Of a stretch of DNA of 64,000 bases, positions 29,365 to 40,518 are shown in pieces. Each line of letters starts with the position of its first letter. Position 1 is the first letter of the stretch. Location of the stretch: positions 81,900 through 145,899 of the forward strand of contig CALODR010000004.1 of assembly GCA_942492175.1 (NCBI GenBank), in the 5' to 3' direction. A program made the translations under genes and the position numbers. This DNA comes from an uncultured bacterium (GTDB lineage: Bacteria; Acidobacteriota; Aminicenantia; UBA2199). The notes under the pieces were generated by a model. It made no database searches, was not told the DNA's origin, and saw nothing but the letters and a program-made list of their open reading frames with translations.

Positions 29365-32084
29365 TCAGGAATCATTATTTATTTCTTTTTTTACTTTTTT
29401 CCAGTCACTTAACAATCCGGCCAGCTGAGTTCTGTTCTTTATTTTTAGTTTTTGAAAGATATTATAAATATGATTCTTTACAGTTCCGGATGAAATAAAT
29501 AGAATATCCTCCATTTCATCGTTTGTTTTTCCTTCAAGAACCAACTCAATAATCTCTTTTTCTCTGGGAGTTATCTTATATTTCCTGCAGAACTCTTCAG
29601 AATGGGCTTCAGACCTGAGCCTCATCTCCTGTTTTTTCATCCTGTCACGGTGCCATATTAATACGAGGGTGATTATCAGCAATGCAAAAAGTCCGAGAAA
29701 CCATTTTGTCCTCCAAAATGGGGGAGAGACAAAAATATTCAGGGACAATGTGTTATTGCTCCATTTCCCGTCGCTGTTTGATCCTTTTATCCTCAATGTA
29801 TAGTTTCCTGAACTTAAAGTTGTGATAGTCAGTAAATTTGAATGTCCCAGGCTGATCCACTCCTCATGAAGTTCATCGATTTTGTATGCATACCGGTTCT
29901 GCCCCGGAGCTGAATAATCAAGTGACACGAATTCAATGGTGAGCATCCGGTCCCGGTAGGTTAACCTGATATCTTCAGGATTCTCAGATGTGATTTTCTT
30001 TTTTTCCGGATAAATTGTGATTGATTTTATATGCAATGGGGGATCAAAATCACTATGAGCGATCTGCTCCGGTTTGAATAGTGTGATCCCGTTGATCCCG
30101 CCGAATATAAATTCTCCACTTTTTCTTTTCAGAAAAGCACCCAGATTGAACTCGTTGGACTGGAGCCCGTTCTGCTCCCTGAATACTTGAAATACTTCCA
30201 TCTCCGGATCGAATTTCACAAGTCCGTTGTTGGTACTTCCTTATCCATAAACATCCCGGGATGCATCATCCAATATCCCCAGAACTGTATTGGACGGCAT
30301 CCCGGAACCTGTAAGGTACCGCTTGAATGAATTATCTGAACTGTTAAACCTGTTAAGGCCGCCAGCAGCGGTACCGATCCAGATAGTTCCTTCTCTGTCT
30401 TCACAAATGGCAGTAATATAGTTACTTCCTGGTGTTTTTTTGTTTTCCGGAACAGATCGATAATGAATAAAATCAGTAAAATTCCGGTCTGTTTTAAAAA
30501 GTCCGCTTTCAGTGCCTACCCAGATATTTTTTCCCCGATCCTGATACAGAGAGACTATGGCTTTCCCCCTGAGGGTTTCTACCAGTCGGTCTGTAGTGTT
30601 GATTGAATTAAAGGTCTCATTTTTCTCATTGAATAAATTCAGGCCGTTGTTTGTTCCGATCCATAACCGGTTGGAATGATCAAACAGTAGAGAACTGATT
30701 ACATTGCTGCTTATGCTTGCGGGATCTTTTTTATTAGCAATGTATCTGCGGAAAGTGTTAGATGTAGTATTGTAACGGATCAATCCACTATTCCAGGATC
30801 CTATCCATAGTATATTCCGATGGGTCCGGTTGTTTGCGAGGCAGTATATATTTTCTGTTTTTAAATCCTCATGGGGATAATTTGAGTGTCCGGATGTCAG
30901 GTTCAGTTTTTTCAATCCATTTGAGTATGTTCCCACCCAGATGCGGTCATTAGAATCTTCACAAAGAGCAAAAACATTGTTTATGTCGGAATCGTTCCGG
31001 CTGTTTTCTCCGGAAAGGTAATGAAAAAAATTGCTGCTTTTAAATCTGCATACCCCCTTTGACCATGTACCGATCCAGATATCCCCGGCAGTATCCTTAG
31101 CGATGGATAGATTAAAATCATCGATCCATGCGTTGAGAGTATTGGAATTTCTGTTGAAATTAGTGAGTATTCCTGATTCTGGATTATAGATGCAGAATCC
31201 GTTTCCCGGAGTAAGGAGCCAAAGATTTCCGGAATTATCCTGTGATATTTGTCTGATCACCCGGGTTAGAGAATACTCTGATTTTAACGACAGCCGGATA
31301 GGGGTAATCCTTCCGTCTTCCCGGATCCTGAGAAGTCCGTTCCCCTGAGTTGCCAGCCAGATCTGCCCCTGAATATCCTGAAGAATATCCCGTATGATCA
31401 GGGGGGCATGGAAACTCCAATCAGGGTTTAATCTTTCAAAGTTATCCTTTTTCTCATCATATCTGTTTAATCCTCTCCTTGTACCGATCCAGATGTTATT
31501 GTAGCTGTCTTTAAAAAGAGATAAAACCTTGTCACTGCTGATGCTTGAAGGATTTTCGGGATTGTGCCTGTAGTGGTAAAATTTGCTCTTCTCAAGGTTG
31601 AACCTTTTTAATCCTCCACCAAGAGTTGCGATCCATAGGTTCCCTTTTTTCATCGGTACAGAGATCCAAAATCCTTTTGTCACTAATGGATTCCCCCACA
31701 TGAGCAGGATATCTGAGGACATGTCCTGTCCTCGGTCAAATTGTCTAGTCCAAACTCTGTTGCAATCCATAAGTGATTTTCAAATTCAATAATGTCTGTA
31801 ATTGTTCCTGGAGTGAGGCTGAACTTGTCATCCGGGTTGTATCTGAATATCTGGAAATCAACTCCGTCATACCTGTTCAGCCCATCTTCAGTTCCGAACC
31901 ATACAAATCCTTTGCTGTCCTGAAATATTGAGAAAACTGAATTCTGTGATAAACCGTCGGAGATAGACAAATATTGGCAGGATATATTCGATTTCTGCCA
32001 GGATATACTTGCTGTTAAGACGATCAGGACCAGAATAAGAATTACTTTTTTTATCATTTTTTTCAATGAGTATGAATTATACAA
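29365..32084 (-). pseudogene. Two-component-regulator-propeller / Y_Y_Y / TM / LuxR-HTH one-component regulator, disrupted by one frameshift and one in-frame TAA
   Basis: Three consecutive ORFs rebuild one ~900-aa protein. The N-terminal piece has a signal peptide and Reg_prop repeats (FVWFGTEDGLNRYD). The middle piece has repeated (I/V)W(I/V)GT..GL motifs. The C-terminal piece has a Y_Y_Y-like region, a TM helix and a LuxR HTH (TPREKEIIELVLEGKTNDEMEDILFISSGTVKNHIYNIFQKL). The middle and C-terminal ORFs share a frame across TAA at 30241-30243, whereas the N-terminal ORF is in a different frame. Confidence 0.6.
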
Positions 32085-32283
32085 TAGTTATGAATGATGA
32101 AAAAACTACTTTGAAGGTAAAGTAATCCGGAATTATTTATAAATTGTTGATCCATTACATATGTTTTACATTTTTCCAAATATAAAATCACTATGAAGAA
32201 TTTCACATTTTTAAGATCTGGGTAATTCTTCATATTGAAAACTGAGATTTATCAAATAATATTTCTGGCATTATGGAGGTGAG

Positions 32284-32892
32284 ATGAACTTAAAAAAGGT
32301 TTTGATTTTTTTGTTGGTTCTTATTCTGCTAATTATCGGGAATTGCAAAAAAATTGTTGATCCGATCATCGGCACGGACAATAGGATCGTTTTTGATGAA
32401 TCAAAGGTAAGAACTGTGGCGATAGGGAATCAGACCTGGATGGCTGAGAATCTCAAGATCAATGTTGACAGAGGAGGCAACCTGATGAATTGCCGGAGTA
32501 TTCATGAAGATCCGGCAAATGATGAGGTTTATGGCAAGGTTTATACCTATCAGCAGGCGCTTGATGGCTGCCCTTCAGGATGGCATCTTCCAAGCATTGA
32601 AGAATGGCATGTTCTATTTGATTCTCTTGGCGGTATAGCAGTCGCAGGAGGGAAAATGAAAACAATCGAATACTGGGACCCCCCAAATGCGGGAGCAACA
32701 AATTCTTCCGGTTTTTCAGCAGTTCCCGCGGGACCTCATGATGGGTTTGGATGGGCCTGTCACTTCTGGTCCTCCACTGAAGACGGGGGTAATGCATACA
32801 TGCCGTCACTTATGAACAGCCGGGAAGATGTGTATATTTTATATGATCAACTGAAAACATCTACGATCTCTGTCAGGTATATAAGGGATTAA
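32284..32892 (+). CDS. FISUMP (Fibrobacter succinogenes major paralogous) domain lipoprotein
   Basis: 202 aa with a lipoprotein signal (…IIGNC). The FISUMP pattern is present: IGNQTWMAENL, GKVYTY..A, CPSGWHLPSIEEW, GFSAVPAG, W.SST and SVRYIRD. Confidence 0.7.
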   Translation: MNLKKVLIFLLVLILLIIGNCKKIVDPIIGTDNRIVFDESKVRTVAIGNQTWMAENLKINVDRGGNLMNCRSIHEDPANDEVYGKVYTYQQALDGCPSGWHLPSIEEWHVLFDSLGGIAVAGGKMKTIEYWDPPNAGATNSSGFSAVPAGPHDGFGWACHFWSSTEDGGNAYMPSLMNSREDVYILYDQLKTSTISVRYIRD

Positions 32893-33128
32893 TTATTTAA
32901 TTAATATTATACAGGATGCAAAAAACATGGATGAAAAATTTGATTAGGCTATTAAAAGACAATGTGATGAGTTCTGATCCGTTCTATTTCCTCGTTCTTC
33001 TGATCCTGACCTATCTATTCCTGTATCTTTTACTAATGAGGTTCTGACAATAAATAATGAGAAAGATTATTTGTTGTAGAGTATGACAAATTTTTGATTA
33101 AGATTGATCAAAACAGAGAGGTGATAAA

Positions 33129-34330
33129 TTGAAACAAAGTAGAATATTCAATATTTTTGTACTTTTGGTTATAGTTTTTTATTCATGCAATAAATCAGAA
33201 AAAGTTTTACCTGTGAGGAATTGCAGCAATGAAACCCCCTTTTTCATCACCTCCGCATTCAATAATTATGATAATGACGATAGTGAGCAGGGTATAAAGT
33301 TTACAATTGTTGTCAATACGGAATTGTATGGCCTGATCAGCAGTTATATTTACCGATATATCAATGACCTTTATAATGAAGGATATCTGGCGGACGTATA
33401 TAGTTCTTCTGGTGGCAACCCTGAGGATCTCCGGAACTTTCTGGAGAACACAGTTTGATGCAGGTATGGAGGTGTGTCTTCTGATCAGGGACCTCCCGTC
33501 CCCTCTATTTCACTTCATACTGTCTGTCGCATGAACCCTCGAGTGAGGTGTTTCCCTGCGATCTGTTCTATATGGACCTTGATGGAATATTTGAAGATCA
33601 GGATGGCGACTGTGTTTATGATGCTCATACGGGAAGTATTGAACCGGACATATGGATGGGAAGGCTGACTGCCTCTCAATTGACCTATAATGATTCGAAT
33701 GAAGTGAGTTTGATGCGGAATTCTTTTGACAAGAATCATGATTACAGGCATGGCAGGAAATCACTGGCTGAGAGGGCACTGGTTTTTGTAAACCTGGATC
33801 ATGAGGATTTTTATTCCAGTGTCTCTCTGGCATATGAAAACATAGTGAATATTCAGGGAATGGAAAATACTTGCCGTGATGAATATCTGGAGCAATTACA
33901 GGATGAGTACGAACTTATACAGGTATGTTCACACGGTACTACCTTGAGGCATGATTTTCTAAGGGCTGATGAAAGTCTTTGCAGTGTGAATTTTTCTGAT
34001 ATTGTCGACAGTGATCCGAAAACATTTTTTGCAATTATTTATGGGTGCACTACATGCAAATATACAGTCAATAATAATCTGGGGAATTGGTATGTATTTA
34101 CTCCTACCTATGGCCTGGCTGCACTTGGAAGTACAAAATCAGGATCTCAACTTCAGTATTGGGACTTTTACAGCTCTTTCGGACAGGGGAAAACCATTGG
34201 CGAATCCTTAAAGGATTGGTTTTCAGCCCAAATGGAAAATGGATTCTCTGATCAGGAACGATGCTGCTTCGGAGGGATGACACTTCTGGGAGATCCCACA
34301 TTGAAAAAGCAGTCATTTATGAAAAGATAG
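33129..34330 (+). pseudogene. C25 (gingipain)-like clan-CD cysteine peptidase lipoprotein, frameshifted
   Basis: The N-terminal ORF (33129-33458) is in frame 0 and carries a lipobox (FYSC). The catalytic part is in another frame, open from 33485. It has His (LIQVCSHGTT) and Cys (IIYGCTTCKY) in the caspase-like order and a C25-like end (GGMTLLGDPTLK). The frame change occurs between about 33430 and 33485. Confidence 0.5.
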
Positions 34331-34415
34331 AAGAAATATTGAATTTAAAACTGAAAACTTTGTGTGATTGCTTTCCGTAACAAGACTTTATGCTAAATAT
34401 AAAGAAGGAGAAATA

Positions 34416-34703
34416 ATGAAAAAAGTATTATTAGTGTTAATGATCGCTCTGGTATTGCCGTTCTTTGGACAGGAAATGGAACTCCCATCATGGGTTGATG
34501 CAGCAATTGAAGCAGGGAATTCAGCAAAGAAAAGCCCCGTTTGTCATATTGAAAAAAAAATGCTCGGGATCAAACTTAAGTATGGGACATTAAGTACTCC
34601 ATATACCAGAGTTGCAGAAGCAGCATTTGATGCAAAAAAGAAATTCATGACCTTTACAAAAAAAGATGTAACTCCGGAAATGCTTGAGAACCAAAAGCAA
34701 TAG
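34416..34703 (+). CDS. Small secreted hypothetical protein
   Basis: An AAGGAG RBS precedes the ATG at 34416. The product has a signal peptide (MKKVLLVLMIALVLPFF) and is about 95 aa. Confidence 0.45.
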   Translation: MKKVLLVLMIALVLPFFGQEMELPSWVDAAIEAGNSAKKSPVCHIEKKMLGIKLKYGTLSTPYTRVAEAAFDAKKKFMTFTKKDVTPEMLENQKQ

Positions 34704-34735
34704 CAATAATCCCCCTTTTATTGGGAAAAAGGTGA

Positions 34736-35035
34736 GTGACTCTCATAGAAGGCGTTGAACATATTGTAATTCTGACAAAGTATAAGATTAAAAAACCAAA
34801 ACCCGGAGAAGTGATCCAGCCGGTGAATATTGAAAAAATGCTGGCCTCAAAATCAAATTTATTCGGTATGAAGGTTGAGAAAGAAGGAATCATTGCCGAA
34901 TTCTCATTAGAAGAATTAATAGAAGGGCGTGGTTTTCTGATCATGTATGAAAAGAAATTTCCGGAGAAGAGCAAATTTAAGATAAAGATCACTAAAAAAA
35001 TGTTGAAGAAAGCGTTAGGGGTTCAGAAAAAATAG
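34736..35035 (+). CDS. Hypothetical protein
   Basis: 99-aa ORF that is Lys-rich, with no assignable motif. Confidence 0.3.
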   Translation: MTLIEGVEHIVILTKYKIKKPKPGEVIQPVNIEKMLASKSNLFGMKVEKEGIIAEFSLEELIEGRGFLIMYEKKFPEKSKFKIKITKKMLKKALGVQKK

Positions 35036-35126
35036 ATCCCAATAATATATTCTAATTATGCATCATCAAAATAGTGTGCCAGTTTTGTTTGAAAAAAATA
35101 TGATCAAAAGGATATTTATCTATTGA

Positions 35127-35327
35127 TCAATTTTCCCGATCTTTTTTTAGCATTTCAAAGGAGCGGTCCCAGGTTTTTTCTGCCTCTTTCGAGAACAGGC
35201 ATGCCGGGAACTGATCCATGTTGTTATGATAAGCGATACACTCGCAGCATATTCCGTGCCTGGGACATCCCGAATAAGTACAATTGCACCGCTCATTGTT
35301 TTTTTCTTTGTTGTTACAATCCATCAA
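35127..35327 (-). CDS. Small cysteine-rich protein (10 Cys in 66 aa)
   Basis: MMDCNNKEKNNERCNCTYSGCPRHGICCECIAYHNNMDQFPACLF... The spacing suggests a metal-binding or Zn-ribbon-like fold. Confidence 0.4.
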   Translation of the reverse strand: MMDCNNKEKNNERCNCTYSGCPRHGICCECIAYHNNMDQFPACLFSKEAEKTWDRSFEMLKKDREN

Positions 35328-35567
35328 AATACCTCGTTGATAACTTTAACAATGTTCACTATTTTGTCAAGGGATGAATGGTTTTACACAGGGTTATTTT
35401 ATTACCATTACCCTGGACCATCTCCAGGTGGTAGAGGGAAATATGTTATGGCAAATATTTTTCTTTGTTTACTAAAGTATTAAAGGTCTGGTGTGGGAAA
35501 TGAATAAGAGGTTTTCTTCTATTGATAATATCCGGGATTTCATTTATCTTCATGGGTGAGGTGAATG

Positions 35568-36134
35568 ATGGATTTTTCGGAACTGGTTAAAAAAAGATAC
35601 AGCTGCAGGAAATACCTTTCTGATAAGGTTTAGAGAGAAAAAATAGAAAAGTGTATAGAATCGGCGCGGCTAGCGCCATCCGCCTGCAATTCCCAGCCGT
35701 GGAATTTTATTATTGTCGATGAGAATGAAAAACTGGCCGAGGTATCTAAAGCTGCGGTATCCGGTGTGTACGGCATGCCGAAGTTGATGGCGGATTCCCC
35801 GGTCCTCATTGTGGTAACAGCAAACAAAGGAAGCTTTATGTCTAAAGCCGGCAATTTTGTGAGAGATACCATGTTCTTTCTGATCGATATCGGTATTGCC
35901 TGCGAACATCTGGTATTGCAGGCCACTGAACTCGGCCTGGGGACATGTTATATCGGATGGTTCAACGAGAAAGAGGTGAAGAAAAGACTGGGGCTCGGAA
36001 AATCAATCAATATTCCGCTTATTATTACGATGGGTTACCCGGATGACAGCCATCGGACAAAGGATCGGACCCGCCGGCTGGCAAAAGGCGGCACAAGAAA
36101 ACCCCTCGAAGAGATCATGAAGTATCCGTCTTAA
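35568..36134 (+). pseudogene. Nitroreductase paralog with in-frame TAG (codon 22)
   Basis: From the ATG at 35568 the translation is MDFSELVKKRYSCRKYLSDKV*REKIEKCIESARLAPSACNSQPWNFIIVDE..., with TAG at 35631-35633. Apart from the stop it is full length, about 85-90% identical in protein and about 80% in nucleotides to 19568-20140. Confidence 0.6.
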
Positions 36135-36155
36135 CGGTGGAGCTCTCTGTTGGAC

Positions 36156-36654
36156 TTACTCGGCGAGATCAATTTTCAACATGACATGTTCGTCCATTTT
36201 TTCAGTGGATATTTTAAAATGGATCTGTTGAACACCTTCCGGGAAATATATATTTTGAATAGCTGATACATCTTTTGACGGAATTCCTGTTTTGAATGTT
36301 TCATTGACCGTATTTCTGATCGTACATGCTGTGCAATGAATGGTGCGTCCGCAACCTTTCCGGCATTCTGGCAAATTCACATTCAGTTGCATTGCCGCCG
36401 TATTGACCCGTTATTTCTGAAGCTTTTTTACCAAGGAGATTCTCGGCATTTCTATTTGCTGTTTTGACGATCACATCAGAATCCACAAGGAGGATAGGGA
36501 AGTTGAACGAATTCAAATAGTCATCCATGGATTGCTTCCAATTCTTCCGGACCCAGTGATTGCATTCCCGGCAGATACCATGTGTGACCGTTGTTTCAGT
36601 ATCTGAGTTCTTTGTTCCCAGAGATTTATTGCAATATGAACATACTCTTTTCAT
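36156..36654 (-). pseudogene. Zn-ribbon + PAS-like small sensor protein, apparently frameshifted
   Basis: Two overlapping ORFs sit in different frames. The first (36301-36654) has CSYCN...CRECNHW followed by a PAS-like PILLVDSDVIVKTANRNAENLLGK. The second (36156-36392) has CRKGCGRTIHCTAC. They overlap by 92 nt. Confidence 0.35.
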
Positions 36655-36915
36655 TTTTTTAACTATTTAGTTCTATTATACACAATTTTCCTGTTTATTG
36701 ATAAAATATCCAACCTGAATATTACTGAGATTAGTCCTATCCGTTTTTATCCTTATACAACATACAAAAATAAATTGTATACGCTGATTGAGAGTTCAGA
36801 TTCTGATGAATGGGAATTGCGGATAGCGAAAATCAGATAACCCCAAATAAACAATCCATATCTAACCTTTTCACAGGTGAAACGTTTAATTTTATTGGTC
36901 AGTATAAATTGATCC

Positions 36916-38325
36916 ATGTCTGATTTAACAAACTATTGCATGGAGGAAAAAATGGAAATTGTTATCAAGCGAGCTGTTCTTGGTTGTCTGTTGTTTTGTG
37001 TAGTTCTTAATTATACCCATTTGTCTGCAGATAAACCGGATCATATATTGGTTTTGAAAAACGGAACAATTATAAACGGGCACGGGGGGAGACCGGTTGA
37101 AGAGGGAGCCATTGTAATAAAGGGTGATAAGATAGTCTGGGTTGGAAATACGGATGATTTGATCATTCCTGCAGGAGCCGAAGTAATTGATGTTCACGGA
37201 AAAACCGTTATGCCGGGGCTGGCAGATATGCATGTACACTTTATGGGTGGATGGGATGGAAACAGAACTGAATTGCTCGGTTTCCAGAGATATTTGAATG
37301 CTTATTTATATGCCGGTGTGACCACTATTCTGGATATGGGGAATATTACACCCTATATTTTACAACTCCGACAGGAAGTGAATGCCGGCCGGATTCCCGG
37401 TCCCCGGATTTATTGTGTCGGTCCGTTGATTGACGGGCCGGATGCGCAATGGCCGTCATTTTCTGCATCCATCACTTCCAGTGCACAGATCCCTATGCTG
37501 GTGGAAAAGTTAAAGAGCAAAAATATTGATCTTTTGAAGGCATACAAAGGATTATCTTTTAACAATATCAGGTCTCTGGTTTATCATGCAAAAAAAAATA
37601 AACTGAAAGTGATTGTTGATCAGGGGTCAATGAACGGTTCCTATAACCTCTCCGGGTTGGATATCGATGGGTTCGCTCATCTTCCGGGGAAAAATGAAAT
37701 CACCAATCAGACGATGGGTTTAATGAGGTCAAAGAATATAAAGTGTATGACAACTTTGACTGTTCTTGAAAATTATTCTCATCAGCGGTTAAGTGAACTG
37801 AACTTTATCAATGATCCATTAATAAAAGATACAACCCCTCCCCGGTTTCTTGAACAGCTGACTCAATATGCCAACCGCAAACTGGATGAAGATGATCAAA
37901 GGAAAATTCAGTACTTCACAAAGATACTGGCTAGGGCGAAAAAAAATCTGAAGAAAATGTCGGATGCCGGAATAGTGCTGATTGCCGGGACCGATGCTCC
38001 GTATCCCGGCGTTTTCCAGGGAGAAAGTATACACAGAGAGCTGGAACTGATCGTTGATTCCGGGTTGACACCACTTCAGGCGATCACCATGGCAACAAAA
38101 AACGGCTCCATTTTATTGAAGAAAGAATCTGAGTGGGGGACGCTGGATGCTGGGAAAATGGCAAACATTCTGATCATAAACGGCAGACCCGATCTGAACA
38201 TCAGCGACACAAGAAAAATAGATCAGGTGATCTTAAAGGGGAAGCTCCTTAACCGAAACAAACTTAAATTTGATATATTAAAAGACAGAGGATTCAGAGC
38301 AGCAGACAAGGTGGAAACGGATTAA
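36916..38325 (+). CDS. Amidohydrolase family protein (metal-dependent; imidazolonepropionase/prolidase-like), secreted
   Basis: 469 aa with a signal/TM segment. The amidohydrolase motif HGKTVMPGLADMHVHF and a C-terminal Asp-containing region (LIAGTDAPY) are present. The start may be the Met at about 36952. Confidence 0.7.
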   Translation: MSDLTNYCMEEKMEIVIKRAVLGCLLFCVVLNYTHLSADKPDHILVLKNGTIINGHGGRPVEEGAIVIKGDKIVWVGNTDDLIIPAGAEVIDVHGKTVMPGLADMHVHFMGGWDGNRTELLGFQRYLNAYLYAGVTTILDMGNITPYILQLRQEVNAGRIPGPRIYCVGPLIDGPDAQWPSFSASITSSAQIPMLVEKLKSKNIDLLKAYKGLSFNNIRSLVYHAKKNKLKVIVDQGSMNGSYNLSGLDIDGFAHLPGKNEITNQTMGLMRSKNIKCMTTLTVLENYSHQRLSELNFINDPLIKDTTPPRFLEQLTQYANRKLDEDDQRKIQYFTKILARAKKNLKKMSDAGIVLIAGTDAPYPGVFQGESIHRELELIVDSGLTPLQAITMATKNGSILLKKESEWGTLDAGKMANILIINGRPDLNISDTRKIDQVILKGKLLNRNKLKFDILKDRGFRAADKVETD

Positions 38326-38377
38326 TCAATATAACCGGAGCCAGATATTGAATTGATTCAAAATCAATTTACACTGT

Positions 38378-40291
38378 CTACTTTTGCTCTTTCAGTTTTT
38401 TCAACATCTGAATTGCGTTCTGCATCCCCGGGTTTATTTCCAACGCTTTCTCATATTGTTTGATCGCCCCTTTTTTGTCCCCGCTTTTTTCCAGGGCTTC
38501 TCCGTAGCTGTCATACACATTGGCTGAGCCGGGATAGAACTCAGTATTCAGTTTAAATATGCACAATGCCGCCTGCAGTTTTTCCTGGCCCATCAGCTGA
38601 TATCCCAGAATATTCAGCCGGCGTTCTGAAACCGCATTGTCCTTCGGGTTCTGTTTGAAGATCTCTTTATACAATACGGCGGCTTTTTCAAAATCCCCTT
38701 CCATCAATATTTCGCTGGGGATCTTTTCCCCCGGCTTCATTTTTCCAGCTTCCATTTTTTGACTATTCAACCTGCCCAGGTTGTCTGCAAAGTGATAGAT
38801 TGCGGTCCATGAGTGTCCTTTCCGATCTTTTACAAAATGTATCTCTCCGGCTCTCCTTTTAATTTTGAACGTGTTGTCTCCGATGTGGAACATTTTCTCG
38901 TTCCCCAGGTTGGAGAAGATCAGATCACCGTCTTTAAGTACGATATCCACCACCGTGTCCGGGCCGGAACGGTACCGTCCGGATAGTTCCTTTTTCACGG
39001 TTTCATCGATAGCTACAGGCTTGAACGCCGGCGGGACAAATTCGGCCCAATCATAGTACTTAGCGATCGATTTATTAATTTCACGAATTAATTCGGCAGA
39101 GTTCCTTGAGTTGGTCAGGATCACGGTTCCATACCCGTCCGAGATATGCGAGATAAAACCTGCAATGAAACCGGAATTATCACCCAAGTGTCCGAAATAC
39201 TTTTCCTTCCCTATATTTCTCATGAATACCCCAAATCCGTACTCTTTTGATACATGGGGGCTGAGCATCTCCCGTGTTAAATCTTGAGAAATGACCTTGT
39301 TTGATTTCCCGTGCCAGGATTTCTGCAATTCGATGACAAACTTTGCGTAATCATCACTGGTTGTCCACAAACCGCCGGCGGCAATATTTGCCATGTAACG
39401 TCTTTTTCCGGGTAATACAGAATATCCTCTATGACCTGCTGATGTATTATTTTCCAATTCGAGAGGTAACGGGTTTTCAAAGGTGGTCTGTTTCATTCCC
39501 AATTTGTCAAAGATATTTTTTTTGGCCACAACATAGATAGGTTTTTTTGTAACATCTTCAATGATCTGCTGCAGTATGGCATATCCCGGATTAGAATATA
39601 AAAACCGGGTGCCCGGTTCATGGTCGATGATCGTGGGTTTATGCGATGACGGCGGAGCCCCGTTCAACACCTGTGTGATCGTGGGAAATTTATCCCGGTA
39701 ATAATCCCCACCGTAATGATGCATGGCACCGCTGCTGTGATTCATCAACAGGGCGGGAGTGACCACAGTATTTTTTGTAAATTTGTTTTCTGGAATTTTC
39801 CATGAGGTCAGGAGTTTATTGGCATCGTCATCCAGTTTGAACATCCCCTTTTGAATCAGGGATAAAGCGGTCAGGGCTGCAACCCCCTTGCTCAGAGAAC
39901 CCGGACGGAACAGAGTTTTTCCCGTAACGGGATTTTGCAGTTTAAAATTGGCAACGCCGTATGTCTTTGTCCACTGGATCTTAAAATCTTTGATCACCGT
40001 AATACTTAATCCCGGAACTTTATAGAATTTCATTCTATCTTCAAGCTGATACACTTCTTCCCCTTCAAATATATTAACCGGGAGAAGTCCTTTCTCAATT
40101 TCAGCGATCTGGGTATCAATTGGTTTTTCAGCCAGTCCGTAAAATGTTGAAACAAAAATAAAAATCAGGACAAAGGAGATATTCCTGAACATAGAAGTTC
40201 TGCCGAAAGTGACATTTTGTTTTTTTAAACTAAGTAATAATCTCATTTTTTTCCTCTCTTTTTTATGTGATTCATATTTAAACAATGACAC
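38378..40291 (-). CDS. Beta-lactamase-fold serine hydrolase (class C/PBP-like) with C-terminal TPR repeats
   Basis: 637 aa. The SxxK motif is in FRPGSLSKGVAAL, with Y.N-like and HxG-like elements. The C-terminal ~120 aa is TPR (ALEKSGDKKGAIKQYEKALEINPG). Confidence 0.7.
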   Translation of the reverse strand: MSLFKYESHKKERKKMRLLLSLKKQNVTFGRTSMFRNISFVLIFIFVSTFYGLAEKPIDTQIAEIEKGLLPVNIFEGEEVYQLEDRMKFYKVPGLSITVIKDFKIQWTKTYGVANFKLQNPVTGKTLFRPGSLSKGVAALTALSLIQKGMFKLDDDANKLLTSWKIPENKFTKNTVVTPALLMNHSSGAMHHYGGDYYRDKFPTITQVLNGAPPSSHKPTIIDHEPGTRFLYSNPGYAILQQIIEDVTKKPIYVVAKKNIFDKLGMKQTTFENPLPLELENNTSAGHRGYSVLPGKRRYMANIAAGGLWTTSDDYAKFVIELQKSWHGKSNKVISQDLTREMLSPHVSKEYGFGVFMRNIGKEKYFGHLGDNSGFIAGFISHISDGYGTVILTNSRNSAELIREINKSIAKYYDWAEFVPPAFKPVAIDETVKKELSGRYRSGPDTVVDIVLKDGDLIFSNLGNEKMFHIGDNTFKIKRRAGEIHFVKDRKGHSWTAIYHFADNLGRLNSQKMEAGKMKPGEKIPSEILMEGDFEKAAVLYKEIFKQNPKDNAVSERRLNILGYQLMGQEKLQAALCIFKLNTEFYPGSANVYDSYGEALEKSGDKKGAIKQYEKALEINPGMQNAIQMLKKLKEQK

Positions 40292-40518
40292 ATTTAAAGT
40301 CCGAATCTATATAATTACCGAAATCCTTTTTTTTTTTCAATATGTATTTTATTCAGACACCAAATTTTTTTGCTATTTCAATTTATGTAAAACAAGATGG
40401 GGCTCTTTCAGAGAGCAACTTACATTATTGAAAAGGAATTTGTTGAAATGGTTGTAGAAAAAACAGGTAGTAATGGAGTATTCTATATTCTTATATTGTG
40501 TTTAATAAAGGATAAAAA

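Noticed and set aside
24355-36134. Possibility of stop-codon reassignment or programmed readthrough (in-frame TAA, TAA, TAG)
   Set aside because: All other genes in the window terminate normally and contain no internal stops. Reassignment of TAA or TAG would also truncate nothing and lengthen everything. Pseudogenization or sequence error is more parsimonious.
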